This document shows positions 1 to 9,503 of a DNA stretch of 20,000 nt, in pieces; within the stretch, counting starts at the first letter, position 1, and every line of letters starts with the position of its first letter. The notes below the pieces were generated by a model that saw only the letters and a list, made by a program, of their open reading frames with translations, was not told the DNA's origin and made no database searches. Source of the DNA: Malacoraja senta (Eukaryota); the NCBI GenBank assembly GCA_038087875.1, contig JAXLNO010000315.1, positions 59,778 to 79,777 on the forward strand. Direction: 5' to 3'. Made by a program: the position numbers and the translations under genes.

Positions 1-608
1 GCAGCTCTGTATAACTGAGTGGTGATAGGTGGTGTAAAAGATTGTGATTATGGTCATGTTAAGAATTAAAAGTCATAAAATCAATGTGTGAAATGTGATT
101 CTTATTTTTCAAAGTCTCTCATAGGAAACAATGAGCGTATCCCAGGGAGAGGGGGAGAAAGGGACGTACACTCACAGAGGCAGAGTCTCTCAGCCTGTGT
201 GAGAGGGAGGGAGGGAGAGAGAGACACACACACAAGGTGGATGTGAAATCTCACCTACCTGTTTCAGTGACAGGCACCCGCAGCCAGTGAATGAAGCCAC
301 CCCCATCTGTCTCCCCTCCTCTCCCTCCACTCTCCTCCCTCTCTCCTCCACCCCACCCACCTCACCCCCCCTCCCCCAATTTGGAAATGTCATCCCATCA
401 CCCATTCCTTCTCTCCAGAGATGCTGCCTGCCCTCTGAGTTAAAGAGTTCCCACTTGCAGCAGCTAAACAGGCCAGTAAACACAATACTCATAGATAATA
501 TACTAAACAAAGAAAATATATATTAAAAAATCCAGTATTATTGCAAAAATCCCAAAGTCCTTAGTGCAAACAAGGCAGTTTGTAGTTCATAGTTTAGTTA
601 GCATTTGT

Positions 609-785
609 TGCGTTCAAAAGCCCGATGGTTGTTGGGAAGAAGCTGTTCTTGAACCTGGAGGTCATGGTTTTCAGATTCTTATACCTTCTGCTCAGCAGGA
701 ATGAAATGAGAGCATGGCCAGGGTAGTGTGGGTCCATGACAATGCTGGCTGCCTTTTTGAGGCAGCACCTCCTATAGAACCCTTT
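609..785 (-). mobile_element. Rex1/Babar-type LINE, 3' end of RT ORF (decayed)
   Basis: Minus strand translates as ...LKKAASIVMDPHYPGHAL...RRYKNLKTMTSRFKNSFFPTTIGLLN, the typical Rex1 C-terminus. It is homologous to the end of the larger copy at 4286-4450. Confidence 0.8.
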
Positions 786-1064
786 GATTCAGTAAAGTTC
801 AGTAAAGAGATCGGGAATCTGGCATCATGGCCTGACAATAAAACCCAGCCTTTAACATCCGCATAATGAAAGAGCTGGTGTTGTCCTACGGAACAGGGGT
901 GCAGGAGAGGTGAACACAACCCTGTCTTCTTCAACAGCACTGGTAGAGATGGCTTCTGGACGTGACTGGCAAACCTCAGATTAGGCTGCCATGAAGTGTC
1001 ATAAAATGTTCTCACGCTGTTCCTCAATACTGGTTTGTCTTAAGGTTGTGAGCTCAGTCCCAAA

Positions 1065-1190
1065 TACACAAAATTTATATATAAACTTCAAGCAATTTTT
1101 TCTTTTCTACCCACTCTGTCACCTTATCAATAACTTACTTAACTTTGTTAAGCAGAATTTGTCTTTAAAAAGTCTAAGTAACTGATATTT
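1065..1190 (-). mobile_element. CR1 LINE RT fragment (highly decayed)
   Basis: Minus strand gives CLTKL / (frameshift) DKVTEWVE..LEVY, resembling the CR1 RT motif SCLTNLxEFFDxVTxxVDxGxxVDVxYLDF. Confidence 0.45.
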
Positions 1191-1214
1191 CTGTCCCTGA
1201 TTATTGTTTCTAAA

Positions 1215-1525
1215 AAGAGTTCCCACGGTAGACTCACGAGTCACAAAGTTAAACGCACGGGCCACTACGTTCTTACAACGAGTTTAAAATGTTTCAAATT
1301 TTAACCTCAAGAGTACATTTTACTCGTGGAAAAGTACAAACATGTTTGAACTTTTGCAAGAGTTAACAAGTTTCACGTGTACCTCCCGTTAGCGCCAAGA
1401 GTCGCTAAGTTGCGTCCACGAGTTCCGACGTTCCCGCTACGTTAATTGTACGTGATTACCACGAGTTAAATTTGTTTTAAACTCGGGGTCACTCGTGGGT
1501 CAACTCGCAGTGAGACAGCCCTTTA
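1215..1525. mobile_element. PIF/Harbinger-like non-autonomous element, one end only
   Basis: Ends in ...GTGAGACAGCCCTTTAA (TIR GGGCTGTC[T/C]CAC next to a TTA/TAA target). The interior has many ACGAGTT/ACTCGT subterminal motifs in both orientations. The other TIR was not found. Confidence 0.65.
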
Positions 1526-2355
1526 AGCCTCGTTCGGCAAGTGCATATTACGGCAACAATTCTCTCCATGACATGCCACCAGTACTGCTGCTCTGCTTTT
1601 ATTTGTTCCTGTAGCTTTGACATTAACGTTTGCCCTCGCTTTCTTGTTAAGTAGGTCAACATGGCATTCCTGTGCTTCTCTGAGTTTTCATGAGTTTGGA
1701 TAAGATAGGGGTTTCGCCAATCATCAAACCCTTCAGAAGCTAAAGATGTAGCAGAAGAATAAGACGCAATGTTTGGAAAGAGTTTACAAACAAAGCAATA
1801 TGAGGGAGAATACACAAGCCACTCTCGGCTATATGTTTCTCGATTGACTTTTGTTGAATAAAAAAGAGCCTTGGTGCAAGACCTAGACTGATTTTTATAC
1901 ACTCGCTTGGAATTTGAAAACGGTCCACAACGATGCTGAACTTGAGAGGGGCCCCTTTCTACCCAATACGATACGTCCTCATGTGATAATTCAGTCCACA
2001 AAGCAACGTCTGTTGCAGTACATCTATATTTGGCATCATCAATCAGTTCTATATTTTCATTTTGAGCCAGCATCATGGCTGCTTCCTCATATTCAGCTTG
2101 CTGTTCCATGTCCTGCTTCGCTGTTTCTGTTTCAGGGAGGTTTTCTTCTGGTTCAATGCTAGTAGATGGCTGGATAGCTCCACCAGACTGATTTCCTTGT
2201 GTTAGTATCAATGTATCTGCTTCACCACTGGCACTTGTTGCCTCTGTCTGTGGCTGACCCAAGAAAGCAGTGATTGGTCTTAACTTCTTTACCGTATCAT
2301 TTTCAAGTCTCTTCCTCTTGCGCTTGCTAGCACCACTTTCAAATTTTTTACTCAT
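1526..2355 (-). pseudogene. Truncated hAT transposase (ZMYM1-like, TTF-type zinc finger / DUF4371 N-terminus)
   Basis: MSKKFESGASKRKRK (NLS-like) ... REWLVYSPS-YCFVCKLF ... GFDDWRN ... HENSEKHRNAM. The catalytic core is missing, and the last ~12 aa of ORF 1489..2355 come from the inserted Harbinger-like end. Confidence 0.85.
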
Positions 2356-3004
2356 GCTCAGATTAGAATCTGAAAAGAAAAAGAAAAATTAATCTTCAAC
2401 AGTTATTAGAAAGGAAACATGAAGGGGCGTTCTCACAAAATGCAGTGCAATTGAGTGAAGAAAAAAAAATCTGTATAATAGTTGGTAAATATTTCTTAAA
2501 GAATTGTTCCTTATTGACAATTATATTGCAAAACCTGAATCAAATCTGAATCAAATCTGCTTGAAAAAGACTAACTTATAATTAAACAAACAGGTTCACT
2601 TCTTAATAAACAGACAACTCACAAAGCAGTTTGGTAGACCAATTCAAAACTTTACTAATTATCGGCCGGTGGAAGGGACAAAGGTGAGGCCTCTGCTGCG
2701 GACAAACCGTTCGGTATCTGAGAGGGGGAGGTCAGGGGGGATGGTGAACACACGGCAGGGATGGGGGTTGGGGCCGGAGGAAGGCAGGTGAGTGGGCTGA
2801 GGCCGAGGTGATGTCTCGTGGGGGGGTGGTGGGTGGTCAGGATGGCATGAGGACTAGTGTGGGTGGGGAATAGCTGGGGTCACATGGTTTGAGGGGAATG
2901 GGGAAGACCCAGTGGAACAGCCACTGAGGTTACCAGAGTTTGGGGGACTAGCATTAGGACCCAGCGCAGTCAAACCCAGGGTAGTGGGAATCTGCAGCGT
3001 AGAA

Positions 3005-3042
3005 ACCAAAGATACTAGAGGAGCTCCTCTAGTATCTTTGGT
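3005..3042. repeat. Perfect 38-bp palindrome; probable 34-bp mini-MITE (3007-3040) with degenerate 8-bp TSD
   Basis: ACCAAAGATACTAGAGGAG|CTCCTCTAGTATCTTTGGT. Flanks GTAGAAAC (2999-3006) and GTGGAAAA (3041-3048) match at 6/8. Confidence 0.75.
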
Positions 3043-3212
3043 GGAAAATTCAGGCCCGGTGATGAGTCCAGGCTGCAGGTAAGGCGACGGCTGCGGGCTG
3101 CTGGAGGGCGGTGGAGTGGCGAGCAAAGCGTGGGAGGTCCCGGTGGGCAGATGGTCGGTGGGGCGGCGAGGTTCGACGGGTCCGGTGGGGCGGCGAGGTG
3201 CGTCCACCCCAG

Positions 3213-3336
3213 GTGCGGCGGCGAATTGGGAAGGCCCCCCGTGCTGCGGCGAATTTGGTAGGCCCCCCGTGCGGCGGCGAATTGGGAAGGCCTCCCATGC
3301 GGCGGCGAATTTGGTAGGCCCCCTGTGCGGCGGCGA
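3213..3336. repeat. GC-rich 28-bp tandem repeat (4 units plus a partial), alternating variants
   Basis: Units start at 3213, 3241, 3269, 3297 and 3325: GTGCGGCGGCGAATT(GGGA/TGGT)AGGCCCCCC. Confidence 0.9.
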
Positions 3337-3583
3337 GGTGTCCGCTCCAGGTGCGGCGTGGAGGTGTGTAGGCACCCCGTGTGGTGTGGAGGTGTGTAGG
3401 CCCCACTAACGGCGGTGAGGGAAAAGGATTAAATAAACTACATACCTTTTCCGTTGTCCTGCACTTCCAATGATCCAAGGATGTGTGCAGCAAATTCCTC
3501 TCCACAACGAATATATACCTCACCTGCATTTTAATCCCTTCCCCCCCTCCCCCCCACACCACCAAAGCCTCCGGAATCGCAAG

Positions 3584-3668
3584 CACAGCGCCACTGATGG
3601 TAGGTTTTGTAACAACACCACTATCCCACAGCGCCACTGATGGTAGGGTTTGTAACAACGCCACTATC
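3584..3668. repeat. 43-bp tandem duplication in the hAT subterminal region
   Basis: CACAGCGCCACTGATGGTAGG(T/G)TTTGTAACAAC(A/G)CCACTATC at 3584 and 3627. Confidence 0.9.
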
Positions 3669-3767
3669 TCAAAAGTTTAACACACCTTGGTGCAGCGAGC
3701 AGAGCCCCCTCTAGATCTCGAGGCCCTAAGCTTAAGCTTGTCTAGCTTACACGTAAATCCAGCCCTG

Positions 3768-4058
3768 CATGTCGGTCTCCGCCGGTCGAGCCTCAGTGCC
3801 AGGATTCTTGTCACAGACGTGTCCGCCGCTCGGACTGGAAGTGTCCTTTGCCCCGACAGCTCCCAAGAGGGTGTGTACCTGTTTTCAAGAGGAACTTTCA
3901 CTGAGGTCTCCTGCACTCGTTTCATCCCCTGTCTTTCTGTCTCTACCCGTCGCACCTCCTGTACTCTTGGAGTGAGGACCTGACTGTAGGTTGTCCAGGA
4001 TGCTTTCATCTTCCCGGATGGACCGCAGTTCATCCAGCTGCTGCCCCAGTTCCCTAAC
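3768..4058 (-). mobile_element. CR1 LINE ORF1 fragment (downstream half of a split copy)
   Basis: VRELGQQLDELRSIREDESILD / QVLTPRVQE...VQETSVKVPLENRY, typical of the CR1 ORF1 coiled-coil region; frameshifted. Confidence 0.7.
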
Positions 4059-5689
4059 ATAATAATAATAATATCTTATATTGTCATTGCACATACGTGC
4101 AACGAGATTTGGTATGCAGCTTCCATCCGATGTCATAACTTAAACAACGAATAAAAGTTTAGATACCCAGAGAAACATGATTTATAAAAAAGAACAGTAA
4201 AACAGTCTAAAGTGCAAATAGGTCTGTGCGGGTCGATGTCCGACGTGACCATCCGAGGGAGACAGTTCATGGGGGGGGGGGGCACTCAGCAGGGCCGGTT
4301 CAGAGCAGCTATAGCTCTGGAGGTGTGGGCGTAGAAGACCTTGTAAGGTCTGCCGGAAGGTAGGAGTTCGAACAGACTATTACAAAGGTGTGAGGAGTAT
4401 TTGTGGATGCTGAAGCCTTCCTGAGGCACCGTGTATGGTAGATGGCCCTCCAAGGCTAGTAGCTGTGTCCCAATAATCTTCTGCGTTCTGTGGACGACGC
4501 GCTGAAGAGCTCTCCTCTCCGTCTCCGTGCAGCTGAGATACCACACAGAGATGCCATAACGTTAGGATGCTCTCTGTGGTGCAGCGGTAGAAGGTTGTCA
4601 GCAGTGTTGGGGCAGACCAGTCTTTTTCAGTGTTCCCAGGAAGAACTGTCATTGCTGTGCCTTCTTGACTAGCGCAGCGGTGTTGGTGGACCATGTGAGG
4701 TCCTCTGAAATGTGTGTGCCCAGAAACTTAAAGCTGGACACTCTCTCCATACTGTCCCCGTGATAAAGATTGGAGCGTATTCCCCATTATGTGTCCTCCT
4801 GAAGTTGATAATCAGCTCCTTGGTCTTGGAGGTGTTTAGGGACAAGTTGTTACGCGAGCACCAGTCCGCCAGGTTCTGCACCTCCGCTCTGTAGTTTGTT
4901 TCATCACCGTTGGTGATCAGCCCGATCACCATTGTGTCGTCTGCAAACTTGACAATGGTGTTGGTGGCGAATGCAGGAACACAGTCGTGTGTGAAGAGGG
5001 AGTAGAGCATGGGGCTCAGTACACAGCCCTGTGGTGTGCCGGTACTCAGGGTGATAGTGGAGGACAGGTACGGGCCCAGTCTCACTGCCTGCGGTCGCTC
5101 CGTCAGGAAATTCAGGATCCAGTCACATATCCGACGAGCTGAGGCCTCGCTGGTGGAGTTTGGTGGGGATGACCGTGTTGAAGGCAGAGCTATAGTCTAT
5201 GAAGAGCATCCTCACGTACGTGTCCTGTCTCTCCAGGTGAGTCAGGACAGTTGTGAAGAGCCAGAGAGATGGCATCCTCTGTTGATCTATCTGCCTGTAT
5301 GCAAATTGATGTGAGTCCAGTGAGGCAGGGATGCTGGATTTGATGTGTGAGAGGACCAGCCTTTCAAAGCACTTCATGGTTATTGGAGTTAAGGTAGTTG
5401 TTTAGGTGGTGATTTTTGACTATTTCGGCACTGGCACTATGGTAGCTGACTTCAGGCACTTAGGCACCGTTGCCAGAGATAGAGACAGGTTAAAGATCCT
5501 CGTGAATACCTGAGCCATCTGTACAGCACAGTCCTTAAGTCCCCTTCCTTGGACTCCGTCCGTGCCTGCAACCTTGTGTGGATTGATCCTTCGCAGAGCG
5601 CACTGTACATCCTGTGTGCTCAATGTTAAGACCTGTCCCTCCGCCATGGCCGGGGTTATTCCACTCCTGGTGGTGTTGCCAGTTTCGAA
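4059..5689 (-). mobile_element. 5'-truncated Rex1/Babar-type LINE with frameshifted RT pseudogene and (ATT)n tail
   Basis: [46 protein letters not shown] and [10 protein letters not shown] motifs across several frames; (TAA)n tail at 4059-4073. Confidence 0.92.
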
Positions 5690-5790
5690 GCGGTCCTTGA
5701 GGAGCTGCATCTGGACACAGTTCCCACAGGTGTTGTGGTCAGAGACACCAGCAATGCCCCTGACTTCCCACTTCTTGCAATAAAACACAC
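5690..5790 (-). mobile_element. CR1 LINE ORF1 N-terminal zinc-knuckle fragment (upstream half of the split copy)
   Basis: CKKWEVRGIAGVSDHNTCGNCVQMQLLKDR; joins in frame to VRELGQQLD at 4058. Confidence 0.7.
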
Positions 5791-5871
5791 TGCAATAACA
5801 TTCCTGCCATCATTGCAATAAGTTTAAATATTTATATTAAACACACACATACAACCGATTAAATGTAGCTG

Positions 5872-6104
5872 TTTAAGATAAGGGGTTGGCCATTTAGGAC
5901 TGAGATGAGGAAAAACCTTTTCACCCACAGAGTTGTGAATCAGTGGAATTCTCTGCCACAGAAGGCAGTGGATGCCAATTCACTGGATTTTTCAAGAGAG
6001 TTAGATTTAGATCTTTGGGTTAAGGGAATCAAGGAAAAAAGCCGGAACGGGGGTACTGATTTTGGATGATCAGCCATGATCAGATTGAATGGCGAAGCTG
6101 GCTC
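5872..6104 (+). mobile_element. CR1 LINE 3' end
   Basis: FRTEMRKNLFTHRVVNQWNSLPQKAV, followed by a CR1-like 3' UTR (GATCAGCCATGATC...GAATGGCG). Confidence 0.85.
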
Positions 6105-6261
6105 ACCTCAGAGGGTTCACTCTTTTTTGAAACCCTTCAATTTGTGCTCGCCCCATGTGATCAGGACCCAACCCAACGGTGGTGTGAGCATTGGATTCTC
6201 CAATGAGGTCAAACCGCAACAGTCCGCCCTCGTCTCTCTCTCCCTCCCATTGGCAAGTGCA

Positions 6262-6717
6262 ATATATTTCAAGGGGGCTAGAATACAAAAACAGGGATGT
6301 AATGCTGAGGCTTTGTACGGCATTGGTCAGGCCGCATTCGGGGCATTGTGAGCAGTTTTGGACACCATATCTGAGGAAGGATGTGCTGGCTCTGCAGAGG
6401 GTCCAGAGGAGGTTTACAAGAATGATGCCAGGAATAAGTGGCTTAACATATGATGAGCGTTTGACGGCACTGGGCCTGTACATTCAGGAGTTTAGAACGA
6501 CAAGGGAGGACCTCATAGCAACTTAGTGAATAGTGAAAGGCTTGGATAGAGTGGATGTGGAGAGGACGTTTCCACTAGTGGGAGAGCCTAGGAGAGGCTT
6601 AATTAAAGGACGTTCCTTCAAGAATGAGATGAGAAAGGAACTTCTTTAGACAGAAGGTGGTGAAACTGTGGAATTCTTTGCCGCAGAAGTCAATGCATAT
6701 TTTTAAGGCAGATATAG
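6262..6717 (+). mobile_element. CR1 LINE ORF2 C-terminal fragment
   Basis: YISRGLEYKNRDVMLRLCTALVRPH...QFWTPYLRKDVLALQRVQRRFTRMMPG...YDERL, then VVKLWNSLPQK. Confidence 0.92.
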
Positions 6718-7090
6718 CAGGGCTGCCAACATTGGGTGAGAGTTGGGAGTAAGAAATTGCGAGAGATGAGGCCTCAGGGACCATAACGACTGGGGGAGGG
6801 GGGGGTGGGGAGGGGGGGGTGGGTGGGAGGGTGGTGTTCCTCCCCCCCCCCCCCTTTGGTACAGAGCTTTTGCATTTTTCAGCTTGAAATTGTGCAATCT
6901 GGTGCATACTGCAGCGAGTCTTTTAACTTAGTCTTGAATGCAATATTTATGCTTTAAATTGGATTAGCTATGAATAAGGTTAGGCTAAATTACATCCCTA
7001 ATTACATTCCACAGTTGAGCCAGGCTCTGATCAACAGGTGCAGCACATGAATGATCTTAGTGTATTCATGTATGGACATCAGATTATAAT
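6718..7090 (+). mobile_element. hAT-like non-autonomous element end
   Basis: CR1 homology stops abruptly at CAGGGCTGCCAAC, a hAT-type terminus. The partner TIR was not found and the right boundary is uncertain. Confidence 0.5.
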
Positions 7091-7424
7091 CAAGCACTTG
7101 GCCCATGTTGACCAACCTGGGTCTCACTGCACACCTGGTACTACTCCTGACCCTGACTCCAGTTGCATACCTTCTCTCATCCTGACCCTGAGCCCAGCCT
7201 TACACCTGGCCCCCTATTCTACCCTGATCATAGCTGCTTACCTGCATAGGTTCCCCATGCTGAACACTCCCATTGTCCCAGCTTTGACTGTACACCTAGT
7301 ACTATTCCAGACCTTGACTCTGGATGCACACTTCGCCTTGCTCCTAGGCCCTCTGCACTGACAATATATCTGGCCCACACATAAAGCCCCATATCTGGCT
7401 CCCTGGACTTAACCTATTATGAGC

Positions 7425-7895
7425 AGAGGCGGGGGGCAGAGAGGGAGGGGGCAGAGAGGGAGGGGGCAGTGAGGGAGGGAGCAGAGAGGGAGGGTGAGGG
7501 GGAAGAGAGGGGGGGCAGAGAGAGTGAGGGGGTTGAGAGGGGGGCAGAGAGGGAGGGGGGCAGGGAAAGAAAGGGAGGGGCACAGAGAGGGAGGGGTAGA
7601 GAGGGAGGGGGTAGAAAGGGAGGGGTGGTAGAGAGGGAAGCGTTAGAGAGGGAGGGTGGAGGGGGTAGAGAGGAGAGGGGGCAGAGGGAGGGGGGCAAAG
7701 AGGGAGGGGGGGAAAGAGGGCAGGGGCAGGGGGGGCACAGAGGGAGGGGGCAGAGTGGGCAATGGGCAGAGAGGGAAGGGGCAGAGAGGGAGGGGGGCAG
7801 AGCGGAGGGCGGCAGAGGGAGATGGGCAGAGAGGGAGGGGGGCAGAGAGGAAGGGGCAGAGAGGGGGGGCAGAGAAGGAGGGCGCAGAGAAGGTG
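7425..7895. repeat. Polypurine G-rich degenerate minisatellite (GGGGCAGAGAGGGAGG-like)
   Basis: Seen directly; it accounts for the Gly/Glu/Arg and Pro/Ser/Leu spurious ORFs. Confidence 0.92.
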
Positions 7896-8287
7896 CGTTT
7901 ATGGCAGAGCAGGGCTCTCACTTAACCTTTTTTCTCTGTTGCTGGCCGGGCACCTCGGCAGCTTTTTAGGTTTCCAAATGACAGTTTAGCGTGGACATTT
8001 AAGACGGCTTGCATGACGCGTGCGATAATGCGCTCGGACGAAGTGCGTAGTTACCAGTTGGAATTATGCTCAATGAAGCATTCACATATTATTTCTGCTT
8101 CAAATAAAGTCACAAACTAAACAGATTCACCACTCAAGACACGCTATATACCACAATGGCATGCAGCAAAATTATAATACAGTGTCTCAACTCATTTTAC
8201 ACGTTGCAATGAATGCAATTTGTATTATTTCTTTCCACTTCTAAACAAAAATGTGGTTGGATTATTTAGCGTATGATCAACCTCAGT

Positions 8288-8725
8288 GCGACAAGCGCAG
8301 GCTTGGCGATCGCTTCGCACAACACCTCCACTCAGTTCGCAATAACCAACCTGATCTCCCGGTGGCTCAGCACTTCAACTCCCCCTCCCATTCCAAATCC
8401 GACCTTTCTGTCCTGGGCCTCCTCCATGGCCAGAGTGAGGCCCACTGCAAATTGGAGGAACAGCACCTCATATTTTGCTTGGGTAGTTTACACCCCAGCG
8501 GTATGAACATTGGCTTCTCCAATTTCAGGTAGTTCTTGCTTTCTCCCTCCTTCCCCTCCCATTCCAGCTCTCCCACAGCCTACTACTGTCTCCGCCTCTT
8601 CCTTTCTTTTTCCCCGCACCCCCCGACATCAATCTGAAGAAGGGTCTCGACCCAAAACGTCGCCTATTCCTTCACTCCATAGATGCTGCCTCACCCGCTG
8701 ATTTTCCTCAGCTTTTTTGTCTACC
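8288..8725 (+). mobile_element. Penelope-like element 3' fragment (GIY-YIG endonuclease C-terminus plus tail)
   Basis: KRRLGDRFAQHLHSVR...PVAQHFNSPSH...KLEEQHLIFCLGSLHPSGMN, followed by CTGAAGAAGGGTCTCGACCC(A)AAACGTC. Confidence 0.88.
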
Positions 8726-8729
8726 ACGC

Positions 8730-8860
8730 TTTCACACAAGTTCTGTTATCCCACTTTCCTCACCCACTCTCTACACATTAGGGGCAATTTACAGACCCAA
8801 GTTAACCTACAAAGCCAATGTGTCTTTGGGAGTGGTCATTTAAGGAGGAAACCCACACGC
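8730..8860 (-). mobile_element. tRNA-derived SINE fragment (HE1/V-SINE-like)
   Basis: Reverse complement resembles the core of the SINE at 10481-10750 (CAAAGAC..GTAGGTTAA..GTAAATTGCCCCTA). Confidence 0.6.
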
Positions 8861-8877
8861 TTGGGTTCAAGATTATG

Positions 8878-9503
8878 GGCAGTACATTGGCCATAAAGTT
8901 GCTGCTTAAAAGTGCCAGAGACCCGGAATTGATCCTGAATATGGGTGTTGTCTGTATGGAGTTTGCTCCTTTTCCCTTTGATCGCTTGAGTTTTCTCCGG
9001 GTGCTCTTGTTTCCTTCAACTTTCCAAAGATGTGCAGGAACTTTTTTCAGACCCAACCCAAAACGTAATATTTTCCTTTTGTCCAGAGATTCTGTCTGAC
9101 CTGTTGAGTTACTCCAGCTTTTTGTGTCTATCTTCAGTTTCAACCAGCATCTGCAGTTCCTTCCTACACACACGATACCATATGATAGAACTTTATTAAT
9201 CCCAGGAGTGAAATTGTGTGTGTGTATACACACAGACACACACACACATATATATTATATATATAAATATACAGTTTTAGTTTCTCGTTTATAACATTGT
9301 TTGCAGAGTACTATGTTTACATATTCTGTTGTGCTGCTGCAAGTAAGGATTTCATTGCTCTAACTGGGACGTGACAGAATAAAACACTCTTGACTCTTGA
9401 CTTACGTCGCTAATGTGTGGGATAGAACTAGTGTACGGGTGATCGGTGGTCGGCGTGGGCTTGTTTCCACGCTGTATCTTTAAATTAAACTTAAAACACT
9501 AAA
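8878..9503 (+). mobile_element. Decayed HE1-like SINE: head 8878-9040, tail 9405-9503, interrupted by other repeat tails and microsatellites
   Basis: GCCAGAGACCCGG..GATCCTGA..GGGTG.TGTCTGTATGGAGTTTG head; TGTTTCCACGCTGTATCT(TAAA)n tail. Confidence 0.6.

Larger units (their letters stand above)
1526..3767 (-). mobile_element. hAT-superfamily DNA transposon, 5' portion
   Basis: Minus strand begins CAGGGCTGGATTTAC at 3767 (hAT-type terminus), followed by subterminal repeats, a splice acceptor at 2370-2390 and the transposase N-terminus. Confidence 0.75.

Noticed and set aside
1489..2355. Host ZMYM1 gene or domesticated transposase
   Set aside because: It lies within a TIR-bearing element, lacks MYM fingers and the catalytic core, and is truncated by another TE.
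3213..3336. CRISPR-like array
   Set aside because: Units are contiguous with no unique spacers, there are no cas genes, and the context is eukaryotic. The same applies to 11580-11737.
2854..3680. Long GC-rich ORFs (173 and 204 aa)
   Set aside because: Products of tandem repeats in the hAT non-coding region; no domain is recognisable.
7090..7340. Degenerate CCTGACCCTGA-type periodicity and a 107-aa ORF
   Set aside because: Too decayed to define a unit; no protein motif.
7344..7989. Pro-rich and Gly/Glu/Arg-rich ORFs
   Set aside because: Translations of a stop-poor purine minisatellite.
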